Of a stretch of DNA of 64,000 nt, positions 19,933 to 31,780 are shown piece by piece. Below the pieces are notes generated by a model that saw nothing but the letters and a program-made list of their open reading frames with translations, was not told the DNA's origin and did no database searches. A program made the translations under genes and the position numbers. Origin of the DNA: Candidatus Latescibacterota bacterium (GTDB lineage: Bacteria > Latescibacterota > UBA2968 > GCA-2709665); assembly GCA_965222075.1 (NCBI GenBank), contig OZ244937.1:3616001-3680000 (forward strand), given 5' to 3'. Positions within the stretch are counted from its first letter, which is position 1. The number at the start of each line of letters is the position of its first letter.

Positions 19933-20282
19933 ACTGCTTGGAAAATAACCTTTCGGTCTCCGTCATCCGCAATCCCGCCCCACCCTTTCCCATGCCTTCG
20001 GCGAGGCCTTTTTCTTGCGCGCCCAAGAAAAAGGCCGAAAAAGAAGGGCGCCGCTCAAGCGCCGCGGGGGCTGCTTTTCCGCGAATTGTCCCTGTGGTGG
20101 AAGCGGAAGCTTCTGCCCTGCGAGCGCTTGGGGATTCACAAGGCGCAGGTGATGGACGGAACCGCGCGGAAAAGCCCCATCCCCCCGCCCCAAAGGCGGG
20201 GGAGGCGAGACGCGGCAACGATTTTCATCATTATGGGTGCCCCAATGGGGGCATGGCAACTGCTTGGAAAATAACCTTTCGG
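19933..20282. repeat. Structured non-coding element flanked by the 24-bp direct repeat ACTGCTTGGAAAATAACCTTTCGG
   Basis: Repeat copies at 19933-19956 and 20259-20282; several nested hairpins between them. Confidence 0.7.
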
Positions 20283-20326
20283 ATACCCAGGTTCAACAGT
20301 TTTTTTACTTCTACCGAATTGACCAA

Positions 20327-20355
20327 TTGACAAACACTCAGTGTTATGTTATATT
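20327..20355 (+). promoter_or_regulatory. hsdM promoter with a palindromic operator in the spacer
   Basis: TTGACA-17 bp-TATATT with extended -10 TG; inverted repeat AACACT-C-AGTGTT at 20333-20345. Confidence 0.75.
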
Positions 20356-20361
20356 TCAGAC

Positions 20362-22200
<1,839 letters not shown>

Positions 22201-22233
22201 CACGGACACTGACATTCTACGGAGGCAGGAAAA

Positions 22234-22605
22234 ATGGGAGCGACGCACGTAACGGTCAGGATTACGAATCCCGCTGACCCGGACAGGTTCTGGGAGGGGC
22301 TTTTTCTGGTTGACACCGGCGCCACGGATTCCCTGGCGCCCAGGCCGCAACTGGAAGCCATCGGCCTCAAGCCCGAGGGGAAACGCGTGTATGAACTGGC
22401 CGATGGCAGCGAGATCGCAGCGGACGTCGCCGTTGCCAAGATTGAGTTCATGGGCGAGTTCGTCGGCGGGACGATCATCTTCGGCGAGGCTGACGCGGAG
22501 CCGCTTTTGGGCGTGACGGCGCTGGAATCCGTGGGCATTGAAGTGGACCCGCTGAATCAGCGGTTGAAGAGGTTGCCGGCCGTTCGGCTTAAGGGGCTGG
22601 CGTGA
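22234..22605 (+). CDS. Clan AA (retropepsin-like) aspartic protease
   Basis: FLVDTGA, YELADG, EPLLGVTALE. Confidence 0.85.
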   Translation: MGATHVTVRITNPADPDRFWEGLFLVDTGATDSLAPRPQLEAIGLKPEGKRVYELADGSEIAADVAVAKIEFMGEFVGGTIIFGEADAEPLLGVTALESVGIEVDPLNQRLKRLPAVRLKGLA

Positions 22606-23834
22606 CGACAAGGGAGACAACCCGCCTTGCGGACCTGTGCGATCTGATCGCGGAGCCGGTCAAACCCGGTGCGCGGCCAGATGCGCTCTATCTTGGCCTT
22701 GAACATCTTGCCTCGGGGCGGCTTGTTCGCATCGGTGGCGGGTCGGCTTCAGACGTGCGAAGCACGGCCTCGGCCTTCCAACCCGGCGACGTCCTGTACG
22801 GCAAGCTCCGGCCTTACCTGGACAAGGCTGTCCTCGCTAAGGAGGCGGGCGTCTGCACGACGGAGTTGCTGATGCTCCGGGCCAAGGAAAACGTGGACCC
22901 GCGGTTTCTTGCCACGGTCGTCCACTCTCCCGGCTTTCTTGATTATGCCGTCGCGGGAACCACGGGCGTCCAGCATCCGAGGACATCGTGGGCACACATA
23001 CGCGACTTTGAACTATCCGCATTTACGCTCGATGAGCAGCGACGTATTGCCGACCTACTTTGGCTTATACACGAGGCAATGAGCCGATCAGAGAGATTGG
23101 TTGAAGAAGGTCAAGACCTCAAACGCGCCGCGATGCGAATGCTGTTCACACGCGGGCTACGGGGCGAGGCGCAGAAGGAAACCGAGATTGGCCCGGTGCC
23201 GGCGAGTTGGAATGCAGAACCCATTGGAATGCTGACAACTATAGTTTATCGATATCCAACCTACTACAGAATCAACTACAAGGTTAGCGGTGTGCCTGAA
23301 GTGCGAGGCGAGTTGCTTAGGGACGGCGGCGAGATCGAAACAGACCTGTCTCTGTTCCGATTCATTGATGCTGAAACGGCATCGCACTTTCCAAAGGTCC
23401 GGCTTGATGCTGGCGACATAGTCATGTCGGTCCGTGGCACAATGGGAAAGGTTGGCATCGTCCGAGAAGCCCATATTGGAGCTGTCATTACTGCCAACCT
23501 TATTCGTCTAGCGCCCGACCGGCGGCGAATATTACCTGAGTTCTTCAAGGCCACCCTCGTTTCCGAGCGTTTCTTCAGATCACTAGAGATGGCTTCTCCA
23601 CAGACTACAATCAAAACCATCACTGCCCCAGTCCTGAAATCATTACGCCTGCCAGTCCCTCCAACACTCGACGAGCAGCGGGAGATTGTGACCATCCTGG
23701 ACGCCATCGGACGCAAGATTGACCTGCACCGCCGAAAGCGCGCCGTGCTGGAGGAGCTTTTCAAGGCACTGCTCCACAAGCTGATGACGGGGGAGGTGCG
23801 GGTGGAGGGTTTCCCTTCACATCGAATCGGGTAG
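22602..23834 (+). CDS. hsdS: Type I R-M specificity subunit
   Basis: Two TRDs with conserved helices (LDEQRRIAD; PPTLDEQREIV...LLHKLMTGEV) and KETEIGPVPASW. Confidence 0.92.
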   Translation: MTTRETTRLADLCDLIAEPVKPGARPDALYLGLEHLASGRLVRIGGGSASDVRSTASAFQPGDVLYGKLRPYLDKAVLAKEAGVCTTELLMLRAKENVDPRFLATVVHSPGFLDYAVAGTTGVQHPRTSWAHIRDFELSAFTLDEQRRIADLLWLIHEAMSRSERLVEEGQDLKRAAMRMLFTRGLRGEAQKETEIGPVPASWNAEPIGMLTTIVYRYPTYYRINYKVSGVPEVRGELLRDGGEIETDLSLFRFIDAETASHFPKVRLDAGDIVMSVRGTMGKVGIVREAHIGAVITANLIRLAPDRRRILPEFFKATLVSERFFRSLEMASPQTTIKTITAPVLKSLRLPVPPTLDEQREIVTILDAIGRKIDLHRRKRAVLEELFKALLHKLMTGEVRVEGFPSHRIG

Positions 23835-23846
23835 AGGGAACCAAAG

Positions 23847-24749
23847 ATGATTCGAAGTCTTTTCGATGTTCCGGGTCTTAAGCCGTACATTAACCCTGGT
23901 GTATGGGGCAAGGGGCTTGGAGGCCCGATACATACCCTTGACATCCCTCCAATAGATGCACAACTGTGGAGGTACATGAACTTTGCCAAATTCGTATCCA
24001 TGCTAGAAACACGGCAGTTGTTTTTCACCAGGGCAGATAAGCTGGACGACCCCTTTGAAGGGGTTTGGTCAGAGCCGACTTTAAGGCAGCTCGATAGCCT
24101 AATTGTGCATGGTGACGACAAGGGGCGTACGGATCCAGTCACCGGAGATAGATACCTGAGTGAGAAGGAGGCAGCTCGTTCGTGGAAACGCATCATAGGT
24201 GGACACTCTCAAGTGAAAAGGCGATTCACGCTCCTAAACTGTTGGCGTGAAGGCGAGCATGAATCGGAGGCAATGTGGAATCAAACTCCCCGGCATGGTG
24301 AAAAGTACGAACTTGCCATCAGATCCGACTTCAAGTCCCTCGCACATAGTTTCCCCAGCCGCAGCCGCCTACCCGACATAGTAGCGAGAGTTCAGTATAT
24401 TCCGTATCAGACCAAAGAAATGCCTCTGGGTCTTGCTGCTCCTTATTTCCATAAGCGCATTGAATTCCAGGACGAGCGCGAAGTGAGGGCAATTATGTCC
24501 GCCACCCCATATGTACCAGATCCTGCCCATCCCGATCGTGATGACGTGATGGTTCCGGATTACTCAAAAGACGTTTGCGATGTCGGTCTCGGTTACGAAG
24601 TCAACCCTGCTGATTTGATTCACGAGGTGGTTATCAGTCCTCATGCTCAGTCTTGGCTTTCTGAGCTGGTAGTGAGAGTAATAGAGCGGTATGGGCTTAA
24701 AATCCCCGTTAGCCAATCGCAACTCCTTGGGATCCCTCGTTGGAAATGA
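23847..24749 (+). CDS. DUF2971-like protein, defence-island accessory
   Basis: LWRYMNFAKFVSML...DDPFEG, ESEAMW, HKRIEFQDEREVR. Confidence 0.7.
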   Translation: MIRSLFDVPGLKPYINPGVWGKGLGGPIHTLDIPPIDAQLWRYMNFAKFVSMLETRQLFFTRADKLDDPFEGVWSEPTLRQLDSLIVHGDDKGRTDPVTGDRYLSEKEAARSWKRIIGGHSQVKRRFTLLNCWREGEHESEAMWNQTPRHGEKYELAIRSDFKSLAHSFPSRSRLPDIVARVQYIPYQTKEMPLGLAAPYFHKRIEFQDEREVRAIMSATPYVPDPAHPDRDDVMVPDYSKDVCDVGLGYEVNPADLIHEVVISPHAQSWLSELVVRVIERYGLKIPVSQSQLLGIPRWK

Positions 24750-24927
24750 ATATTGAGTCCCCTCCGAAAACGGGGGATATAAAAGCCTGGTGTAAGTGGT
24801 CAGGGTTGGATATTGTGATTTAGCGTGTGGCGACGATATAACGTGTAGGTGCGGCATATCAACTCAGGGTCAACCTACGGAGTTGTTCAGGCCTATGGTA
24901 TGGAGGTTTTTCGCAAGAAAACCCCTC

Positions 24928-26481
24928 TTATGCGGGGAGCATCGGGGGTGTTGTGAGGTAATTCTTGATCCGAACCAGGTTGACCCATAGGCCACGACAC
25001 CGCGCCCACAATTGGTGTGGCCTCAGTCCGCGATAGCGCGTCTTGCCATCTTTGGTGTAGTAGCTCAACTGAAAGATGCTGGCTTCGACGTTATTGCGTC
25101 GGTTTCTGATGTGGTCAGGCAGGGCTTCAATCTGTTTGCGTTTGAGGTAATTGTCGATGTGCTGTTCTTTAAAGTATCGGGGTTTGCCATCCATGATGAT
25201 TTTGTATTTTCCCGGTTTGTATTCTTGGGCTATGTGAACCTCTCCGGTTTGTTGATCAATGACGGTGACGCCGTCTTCTGTGCGTTCATAAATGAAACGT
25301 CCTGGGGTTCCTTGCAGGCCACTGTAATAGAATTGCTTGTCCTGTTCTTTTGCATACTCGGCGTTGGATTGATCATTATAGGCCCCATCCATTGACACTT
25401 CCAAGACGTCACCCACCACCTGTTGCGTCCGCTCGATGGCCGCTTGGACAAACGCATTGTCGGGCGTCGTCGCCGGTTTGACGTCAACGTCCGTGATCAA
25501 ATTGAGGCCGTCCTCACCACAGGTCTCGGTGAGGTTGACACTGTATCCTTTCACCTTGTCCTTCCCTTTCCTGCGAAAGGCCGCCTCTTCATCATCGGCA
25601 GACTGCAAGGAGGATGAGGAGATCTCTTCAGGAGGCTTCGGAAGCACCTGTTTGGAGGACGATAAAACGGTATATTGATCCCCCATAACACGCACGATCA
25701 GACCATAGTGACCGCTGTCTTTGTCGGTATAGGTCGCTTGAAGCCTGCTCAATAACTGCCCGAATTCCTGCAGCTTCTCACACTTTTCAACGCGGGTGAG
25801 ACCATAGACAACCTGATGCGCCTTCACCTTGAGCAATCCGTCCAAAACCTGCTGATTTTTTGCCGATAATCGTCGCTTTTGGGACTTGTCCAACGACCCC
25901 CAGAACGCTTGTAAGCAACTCACCACCAACTGCAACCGACAACAAAGGGCAATGTTCGAGCCGATCAACTTACTGTCCATTCGGATGTGCTGACCCAATA
26001 CACCAAAGGCGTTGGCCTGCGTCCTGGTTAAGCTGGAAAAGGTCTCTCCAATCAGATCTCGACCGGCTTCGAGTTGATCCGCATACAATGCCTGCTTGAA
26101 CAAATAATACGTGGACTCCGCAGGCACTTCATCGCATAGATTCATCAACCCCAATGCCCGCATCACCAGGATGTTGAACCGACAATGCTCGAATAGTCCT
26201 GTCTGCGTGCGACGCACAGGCAGGTGGGCATCGCTCCACCCAAAGCCCTCCTTCAAGATCATCATCGACACCAGTTGACGAATCGGCGCATTGGGGCGGC
26301 CTTGGTTGGGATCAAACAACACCGAAAACACATCCTCATCTATCTTTGAGGTGACGTGCTGGTAAAACAGATTATGCCACGACTTCGGATCATTCAACTG
26401 GTCCTGCTTGCGCCTCTTGAAATGCGACTCGAAGCCCGAAAACAGATCCGGTTGGCTGCATGACGCGCTTCTCTTATACAT
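24928..26481 (-). CDS. DDE transposase carrying a 9-aa in-frame insertion
   Basis: GRPNAP, RMDSKLI, MDGAY, RRNNVEASI. Confidence 0.85.
   Translation of the reverse strand: MYKRSASCSQPDLFSGFESHFKRRKQDQLNDPKSWHNLFYQHVTSKIDEDVFSVLFDPNQGRPNAPIRQLVSMMILKEGFGWSDAHLPVRRTQTGLFEHCRFNILVMRALGLMNLCDEVPAESTYYLFKQALYADQLEAGRDLIGETFSSLTRTQANAFGVLGQHIRMDSKLIGSNIALCCRLQLVVSCLQAFWGSLDKSQKRRLSAKNQQVLDGLLKVKAHQVVYGLTRVEKCEKLQEFGQLLSRLQATYTDKDSGHYGLIVRVMGDQYTVLSSSKQVLPKPPEEISSSSLQSADDEEAAFRRKGKDKVKGYSVNLTETCGEDGLNLITDVDVKPATTPDNAFVQAAIERTQQVVGDVLEVSMDGAYNDQSNAEYAKEQDKQFYYSGLQGTPGRFIYERTEDGVTVIDQQTGEVHIAQEYKPGKYKIIMDGKPRYFKEQHIDNYLKRKQIEALPDHIRNRRNNVEASIFQLSYYTKDGKTRYRGLRPHQLWARCRGLWVNLVRIKNYLTTPPMLPA
26198..26224 (-). 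repeat. 27-bp hairpin insertion element, copy 1
   Basis: CCTGTCTGCGTGCGACGCACAGGCAGG on +; removal restores WSDAQLFE. Confidence 0.85.
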
Positions 26482-26728
26482 CGATACTGTACCCTCGCTT
26501 TTTCCTTTTTACATCCGCAACTTTGAAACCTTTTCTCTCTTGGAATTTAATACTTTTTCCTCAATAAGTAAACTCGACTTTTCGGAGTGGACTCAATATT
26601 GGGTACCTAAGCTTGGAGTTTGAGAGGCCGCAGCGCCTGTTTTGCGTCACTCAGTTCCGGGGAACCAAAATGGATGGCGTTTCTGGCATACCGCCCGTTC
26701 AACTTCGCGCGGATCGACGAGTCACACC

Positions 26729-26840
26729 ATGCTGGATCATGAAGTGAGACCCGACGACATCTCAGCACTGTTCGCGGCCGGCGAGTACGAGACGCTGGAG
26801 TTCAAGGCCACGACCGAGACGCGTCGCGAGGCTACCATGA
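26729..26840 (+). pseudogene. N-terminal remnant of an AlbA_2/Schlafen-domain protein
   Basis: ISALFAAGEYETLEFKATTETRREAT, cut off by the adjacent IS remnant. Confidence 0.7.
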
Positions 26841-27116
26841 GTGATGTATAACGTTTCTGTTGGTTCTGGCCAAGTCTTAGGATCAGACAACTTGAACTTG
26901 GCGCCGTGTATTGGAGGACGTCCCCATCCTCGATAGGGGGGTGGGGGTCCCCAAAGACATCGATTGGGACGGATACGGATGACCTGATCGGCGTCAATAT
27001 CGGCCGTGGTTTCCACGAAAGGGGCACAGCCATATTCTGAGTCCCACAAGCTGATGGGACGACCCTTCACCGCTTTTGACACCCGACGGAGTTGGTCCGC
27101 GCCTTTCTTTATCGGA

Positions 27117-27143
27117 CCTGTCTGCGTGCAACGCACAGGCAGG
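27117..27143 (-). repeat. 27-bp hairpin insertion element, copy 2
   Basis: CCTGTCTGCGTGCAACGCACAGGCAGG on +; removal restores STTDPIKKG. Confidence 0.85.
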
Positions 27144-27449
27144 TCGGTTGTGCTTTGGATGCGCTCATGTAATAAAGGCAGCGCAAAGCTTCGCTCCTCA
27201 TCGGGAAGAAAGGCGAGGGTGCTGTAGCCTTGCCCAATCGTAATGGGCTTGTTGCCCCATATCGGGGTGGGATGATGCTCAATGGTTCGGTCGCGTAAAG
27301 TCCGCGCTGACAATCGCGGCCAAGCCGTGTGATCTCCCACAAAAAGGGGACGATCATCTACTTTTATCTCATCAGCATAAAGCTTCAACAACGCGTTTTG
27401 GTCTGGACGACCATCTTGAAGGGCTTCATAGACACTTGGCCACTGCCGA

Positions 27450-27474
27450 CCTGCCTGTGCTGAAGGCAGACAGG
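27450..27474 (+). repeat. 25-bp hairpin insertion element, copy 3 (opposite orientation, variant loop)
   Basis: CCTGCCTGTGCTGAAGGCAGACAGG; removal repairs the frameshift to PVFRRQWPS. Confidence 0.85.
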
Positions 27475-27978
27475 CGAAAAACTGGAGCAAGGGATAGCTC
27501 GGCAAAGCTATTGGCCGATGGGGTTAACAACACTGCGTCGAGCAGATCAAACAGCGCATCTTTGGCTGTGCCTAATCCTTCATAGGCGGTTTGACGAAAG
27601 GCGCTCAGCCGCTCATACTGTTTTCCAAAAACCGGATCTGAGATCGCACAGGCATCTTGAATATACTTGACTTCCGAGGGGTCTGACGATAGCTTTCTCA
27701 TCGTGGGCTCCTTAGTAGAATACAGACTCTTTAGCGAAAGGCTGTATTCAATTTACTTTGGAGCCCCTTCTATTTCAACTCTTTTAGTCTAAACACGAGT
27801 GTCATAGCAATAGCACGAAACGAAGCGCGACAGCGATCTATCACCGCGCTGGACACAGGTTCTGCCCGAGGACGCGCTACAAGCACCGACAAAACTCAAC
27901 CGGCGAATCGGAAACGCTGGCATTCAAGGCAACAAGGCCGACGCCCCGCCGCGAAGGGACCGAACGAGAGGCAAGCAA

Positions 27979-28317
27979 TTGCGGCTGCCCAATGCACATC
28001 TGACCTGGATCGATCAGGAGAAGATTTCGGACTACCTGCTATCGTCCACAAATCCACGTGGCAAGGCCAAGGCGGATTTTTTCTTGAGCTTCGGGTTCAG
28101 CCTGGCTCGCTGGGAGCAGCTTGCGGAAGCATTGAGACGTCACGCGACGTCCCATGCGGTCGCCCGAGTTGTGGAGACCGCATACGGCCCTCGCTATCAT
28201 GTTGATGGCGAAATAGAGACTCCAGACGGGCGCAATCCGCTTGTGAGAACTGTCTGGCAGATTGACCTTGGGAGCGATTATCCCAGGTTCATTACGGCGC
28301 ACCCATACAGGAGCTGA
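27979..28317 (+). CDS. DUF6883-like protein, putative toxin
   Basis: IDQEKISDYLLS..PRGKAKADFF..FGF, PDGRNPLVRTVW, PRFITAHP; TTG start. Confidence 0.7.
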   Translation: MRLPNAHLTWIDQEKISDYLLSSTNPRGKAKADFFLSFGFSLARWEQLAEALRRHATSHAVARVVETAYGPRYHVDGEIETPDGRNPLVRTVWQIDLGSDYPRFITAHPYRS

Positions 28318-28320
28318 GAA

Positions 28321-28563
28321 ATGTTCAAGGAACATGAGCAGATCGTTCTGACCGCCGACGTTCTGGGCGATGAGGGAGAGGAATTGAAGCCGGGAGACGC
28401 CGGCACCGTCATCCACGTCCATCCCGCTAACGCAGCCGTTGTTGTGGAGTTCATGTCCCTGGATGGCGACACCGTGGCCATCGCGACCGTGCTGCCGTCA
28501 CAGGCGCGTCCGGTAACGAGCGCGGACATCACCCACGCGAGGACGGTTCCGGAAGCTGTCTGA
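28321..28563 (+). CDS. DUF4926-like protein, putative partner or antitoxin
   Basis: LKPGDAGTVIHV...VVEF...GDTVAI. Confidence 0.75.
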   Translation: MFKEHEQIVLTADVLGDEGEELKPGDAGTVIHVHPANAAVVVEFMSLDGDTVAIATVLPSQARPVTSADITHARTVPEAV

Positions 28564-28828
28564 TGTTCCGCCCTGTCCGCCGGTAAGCCGATAGAGAATT
28601 GGGGATGGGACGCCAGATCTCAACCCTGACTCTGGTCGATTGTGAAAAGTGTATCCTGCGCGAGGCCAGAGACGGTTTTGGCGACCTTCCGGAGTACTAC
28701 CCGTGCCCGCGAGACCAGGCAATCGAAGCGTCTCGGCGGGTCGGAGACGCTGGAGTTCACGGAGCGGCTGGAGTTGGAGATGCCGCAGTGTCTGCCCCGC
28801 ATCGCCCGTTTCAGGGGACCCGACCGGT

Positions 28829-31780
28829 ATGACTGAACTCAACATAACTGAAGCAGGCATCGTCCAGTTCCCCATGGTCCGCCACGCGGCCGAGATCGGG
28901 TGGACTCCGATCTCGCCGCAGGCAGCGATGCGCAAGCGCGGCGGCGAGACCGGGATGTTGTTCCGGGACGAGCTGGAAGGAGCACTCGGGCGGTTCAACC
29001 CCTGGATGACGGACGAGGCCATCCGCTCCGTGGTCGAGCGGCTCGAAGCGGTCCCGGCGACGATTGAGGGCAACCGCGAGATGCTTTCCTGGCTGCGCGG
29101 CGAGCGGCAATGGTACGACGAGGTCGAGAGCCGCCATCGGCACGTTCAGATCGTCGATTTCGATCGGTCAGCCGAGAACGTCTTTTATGTCACCTGGGAA
29201 TGGAGACTCAAGCCTCCTGCTCGCAAGGGCAACCGGGCCGATGTGATGTTTGTCGTCAATGGCGTACCGGTCGCCATCGTCGAGCACAAGAATCCCAAAG
29301 ACCGCAACGCCATCGAACGAGCCGTCACGCAGCTCAAGCGCTACGAGCAGGAGACGCCCGAGCTGATGGGCGCGGCGCAGCTCTTCAACGTCACGCACCT
29401 CCTTGACTACTGGTATGGTGTGACCTGGAACGCCAACCGGCGTTTCATGGCGCGCTGGAAGGAACGCCCGGAAGAGAGCTACCGCTTCGTGGTCCAGTCG
29501 TTCTTTGAGCCGACGGACTTCCTGCGCACACTGCGGGACTGGATCCTTTTCTACGTCGAAGACGGCGAGACGCGGAAATCCGTGCTGCGCCAGCACCAGC
29601 GCCGCGCGGTCGACCGCATCGTGGAGCGCTGCGCCGAGCCGGCGAAGCGGCGCGGGCTCATCTGGCATACGCAGGGCTCCGGCAAGACCTTTACCCTGCT
29701 CACCGCCGCGCGTTTGGTCCTGGAACGCAAGGATCAGTTCCGCACACCGACGGTGGTCGTGGTTGTGGATCGGACGGAAATCGAAGGACAGCTCAAGGGC
29801 TGGGTTGAAAGGCTCTTGGGCGAGATGCAGCAGCAGGACATTGCGGTCTGGCGGGCGAACTCCAGGTCCGAGATGCAGGAACTGCTCAAGACCGACAAAC
29901 GTGGCCTGATTATCTCGATGATCCACAAGTTCGAGGGGATCGATAGGGACGCGAGCACCCGCGACAACATCTACGTCTTCATCGACGAAGCACACCGCTC
30001 GGTCGCCAGGGAGCTCGGCACCTACATGATGGCGGCGGTGCCGAATGCCACCATCATCGGTTTCACCGGCACGCCGATCGCCAGGACCGACCAGGGCGAG
30101 GGCACGTTCAAGATTTTCGGCGTTGATGACGAGTTGGGCTATCTCGACAAGTACTCCATCGCCGAGTCGATCGAGGACGAAACAACGCTGCCGCTCCGCC
30201 ACACCATGGCGCCGAGCGAGATGACGGTGCCGGCCGAGCGGCTCGACAAGGAGTTCTTTGAACTGGCCGAGGCCGAAGGCGTTACCGACGTCGACGAGCT
30301 CAACAGGATCCTCGATCGAGCGGTCGGCCTGCGTACCTTCCTGGCCGCTGACGACCGGATCGAGAAGGTCGCCGCGTTCGTCGCCGAACACTTCAAGGAG
30401 AACGTGGCGCCGCTCGGGTACAAGGCATTTCTTGTGGGCGTGAACCGTGAGGCTTGTGCCAAATACAAGCGCGCGCTGGACAGGCTTCTGCCGCCCGAGT
30501 GGTCGGAGGCCGTCTACACCAAAAACGCGGCCGATGTCATTGACCGTCCGCTCGTCGCGGAGTTGCAGCTATCGACGAAACGCGAGGAGGACGTGCGCCT
30601 CACGTTCAAGAAGGCGGATGAGAATCCGAAGCTCCTCATTGTCACCGACAAGCTGCTGACGGGCTATGACGCGTCGCTTCTCTACTGCATGTATCTCGAC
30701 AAGCCCATGCGGGACCATGTACTCCTGCAGGCGATCGCGCGTGTGAACCGCCCTCACGTGGACGCGAACGGCGTCCGCAAGCGCATTGGCCTCGTCGTCG
30801 ACTTCGTGGGTGTGCTGCGCGAATTGAAAAAGGCATTGCGGTTCGACTCGACCGATGTCAGCGGCGTGATCGAGGATCTCGATCTTCTTCTCAAGGACTG
30901 TCTGGACAAGATCGATCGGGCGAAAATGGAATACCTTGGCGACGAGGGGAGCGGCGGCGCGGACGAGCGCCTGGAGAAGATTGTCTACGGCCGCTTCCTG
31001 GATCCGGAGTCGCGCAAGGCGTTCTGCGAAGCCTACAAAGAGATCGAGGCGCTTTGGGAGATCCTGTCGCCCTCGCCGGAACTGCGCGACCACATGGATA
31101 CGTTTAAGCGGCTGGCGGGACTCTACGCCGTTGTCCTGAACGCTTATAAGGGTAAAGTCACGTACGAGGAGGCTCTCGGACGCAAGACGCACGGGATGGT
31201 GCAGGATAGCGCTACCCAGGAAGGCCTTGGAGACCTGATCAAAACAGTGACGTTCGACGTGAGCACCGTCCAAGCGCTTCGAGGCGAGCCGGGCTCCGAC
31301 GAGGCCAAGGTTTTCAACCTGGTGCGGGGCCTGCGGGCCGAGGTCGAAGGCGAGCCGGACAAGGCACCCGTGCTTCGACCGCTCAAGGATCGCGCCGAGC
31401 GCATCCTGGAGGACCTTCAGAACCGCAACACGACCAGCCTCGTCGCGATGGACCAACTGGCGACGCTGGCGAAAGAGAAAGAAGAGGCAGTCAAAGCCGC
31501 GAAAGACAGCGGTCTGTCCACCCGTGCATTCGGTGTGTACTGGACGCTCAAGGAGGCGGAGGCGCTCAGGGCCGTCGGTATTGCTGCCACAAAACTGGCG
31601 CAGGAAGCGGAAACGCTCCTCGCCCGCTTCCCGAACGCAACTCTAAACGCCGACGAACAGCGGAGGCTTCGAGCCGCTCTTTATCGGCCTCTTCTCGGTG
31701 TTGACGGAGATGAACGCGCCCGAATCGTCGAGACCATACTCGAAATTCTGCTGGATACTGACACAGATGCACGTTCATGA
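28829..31780 (+). CDS. hsdR: Type I R-M restriction subunit
   Basis: [10 protein letters not shown]...VEHKN nuclease motif, [37 protein letters not shown]. Confidence 0.95.
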   Translation: MTELNITEAGIVQFPMVRHAAEIGWTPISPQAAMRKRGGETGMLFRDELEGALGRFNPWMTDEAIRSVVERLEAVPATIEGNREMLSWLRGERQWYDEVESRHRHVQIVDFDRSAENVFYVTWEWRLKPPARKGNRADVMFVVNGVPVAIVEHKNPKDRNAIERAVTQLKRYEQETPELMGAAQLFNVTHLLDYWYGVTWNANRRFMARWKERPEESYRFVVQSFFEPTDFLRTLRDWILFYVEDGETRKSVLRQHQRRAVDRIVERCAEPAKRRGLIWHTQGSGKTFTLLTAARLVLERKDQFRTPTVVVVVDRTEIEGQLKGWVERLLGEMQQQDIAVWRANSRSEMQELLKTDKRGLIISMIHKFEGIDRDASTRDNIYVFIDEAHRSVARELGTYMMAAVPNATIIGFTGTPIARTDQGEGTFKIFGVDDELGYLDKYSIAESIEDETTLPLRHTMAPSEMTVPAERLDKEFFELAEAEGVTDVDELNRILDRAVGLRTFLAADDRIEKVAAFVAEHFKENVAPLGYKAFLVGVNREACAKYKRALDRLLPPEWSEAVYTKNAADVIDRPLVAELQLSTKREEDVRLTFKKADENPKLLIVTDKLLTGYDASLLYCMYLDKPMRDHVLLQAIARVNRPHVDANGVRKRIGLVVDFVGVLRELKKALRFDSTDVSGVIEDLDLLLKDCLDKIDRAKMEYLGDEGSGGADERLEKIVYGRFLDPESRKAFCEAYKEIEALWEILSPSPELRDHMDTFKRLAGLYAVVLNAYKGKVTYEEALGRKTHGMVQDSATQEGLGDLIKTVTFDVSTVQALRGEPGSDEAKVFNLVRGLRAEVEGEPDKAPVLRPLKDRAERILEDLQNRNTTSLVAMDQLATLAKEKEEAVKAAKDSGLSTRAFGVYWTLKEAEALRAVGIAATKLAQEAETLLARFPNATLNADEQRRLRAALYRPLLGVDGDERARIVETILEILLDTDTDARS

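Larger units (their letters stand above)
24755..26594 (-). mobile_element. Complete IS, IS1182/IS5-like, 1840 bp
   Basis: Terminal IR GAGTCC(C/A)CTCCGAAAA at both ends; 6-bp duplication AATATT at 24749-24754 and 26595-26600. Confidence 0.85.
26840..27799 (-). mobile_element. Truncated IS701-like element; transposase pseudogene starting at 27701
   Basis: DALFDLLDAVL...FAELSLAPVFR(R)QWPSVYEAL, GDHTAWPR, WDSEYG; frameshifted and 3'-truncated; one probable end near 27799 (CTCGTGTTTAGAC on minus). Confidence 0.8.

Noticed and set aside
19933-20282. 24-bp direct repeat as a CRISPR mini-array or a tRNA-linked att site
   Set aside because: Only two copies about 300 bp apart; no cas, tRNA or integrase gene in the window.
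28649-28828. N-terminal extension of HsdR in the ORF track
   Set aside because: The region carries an AlbA remnant in another frame; HsdR-like sequence begins at ATG 28829.
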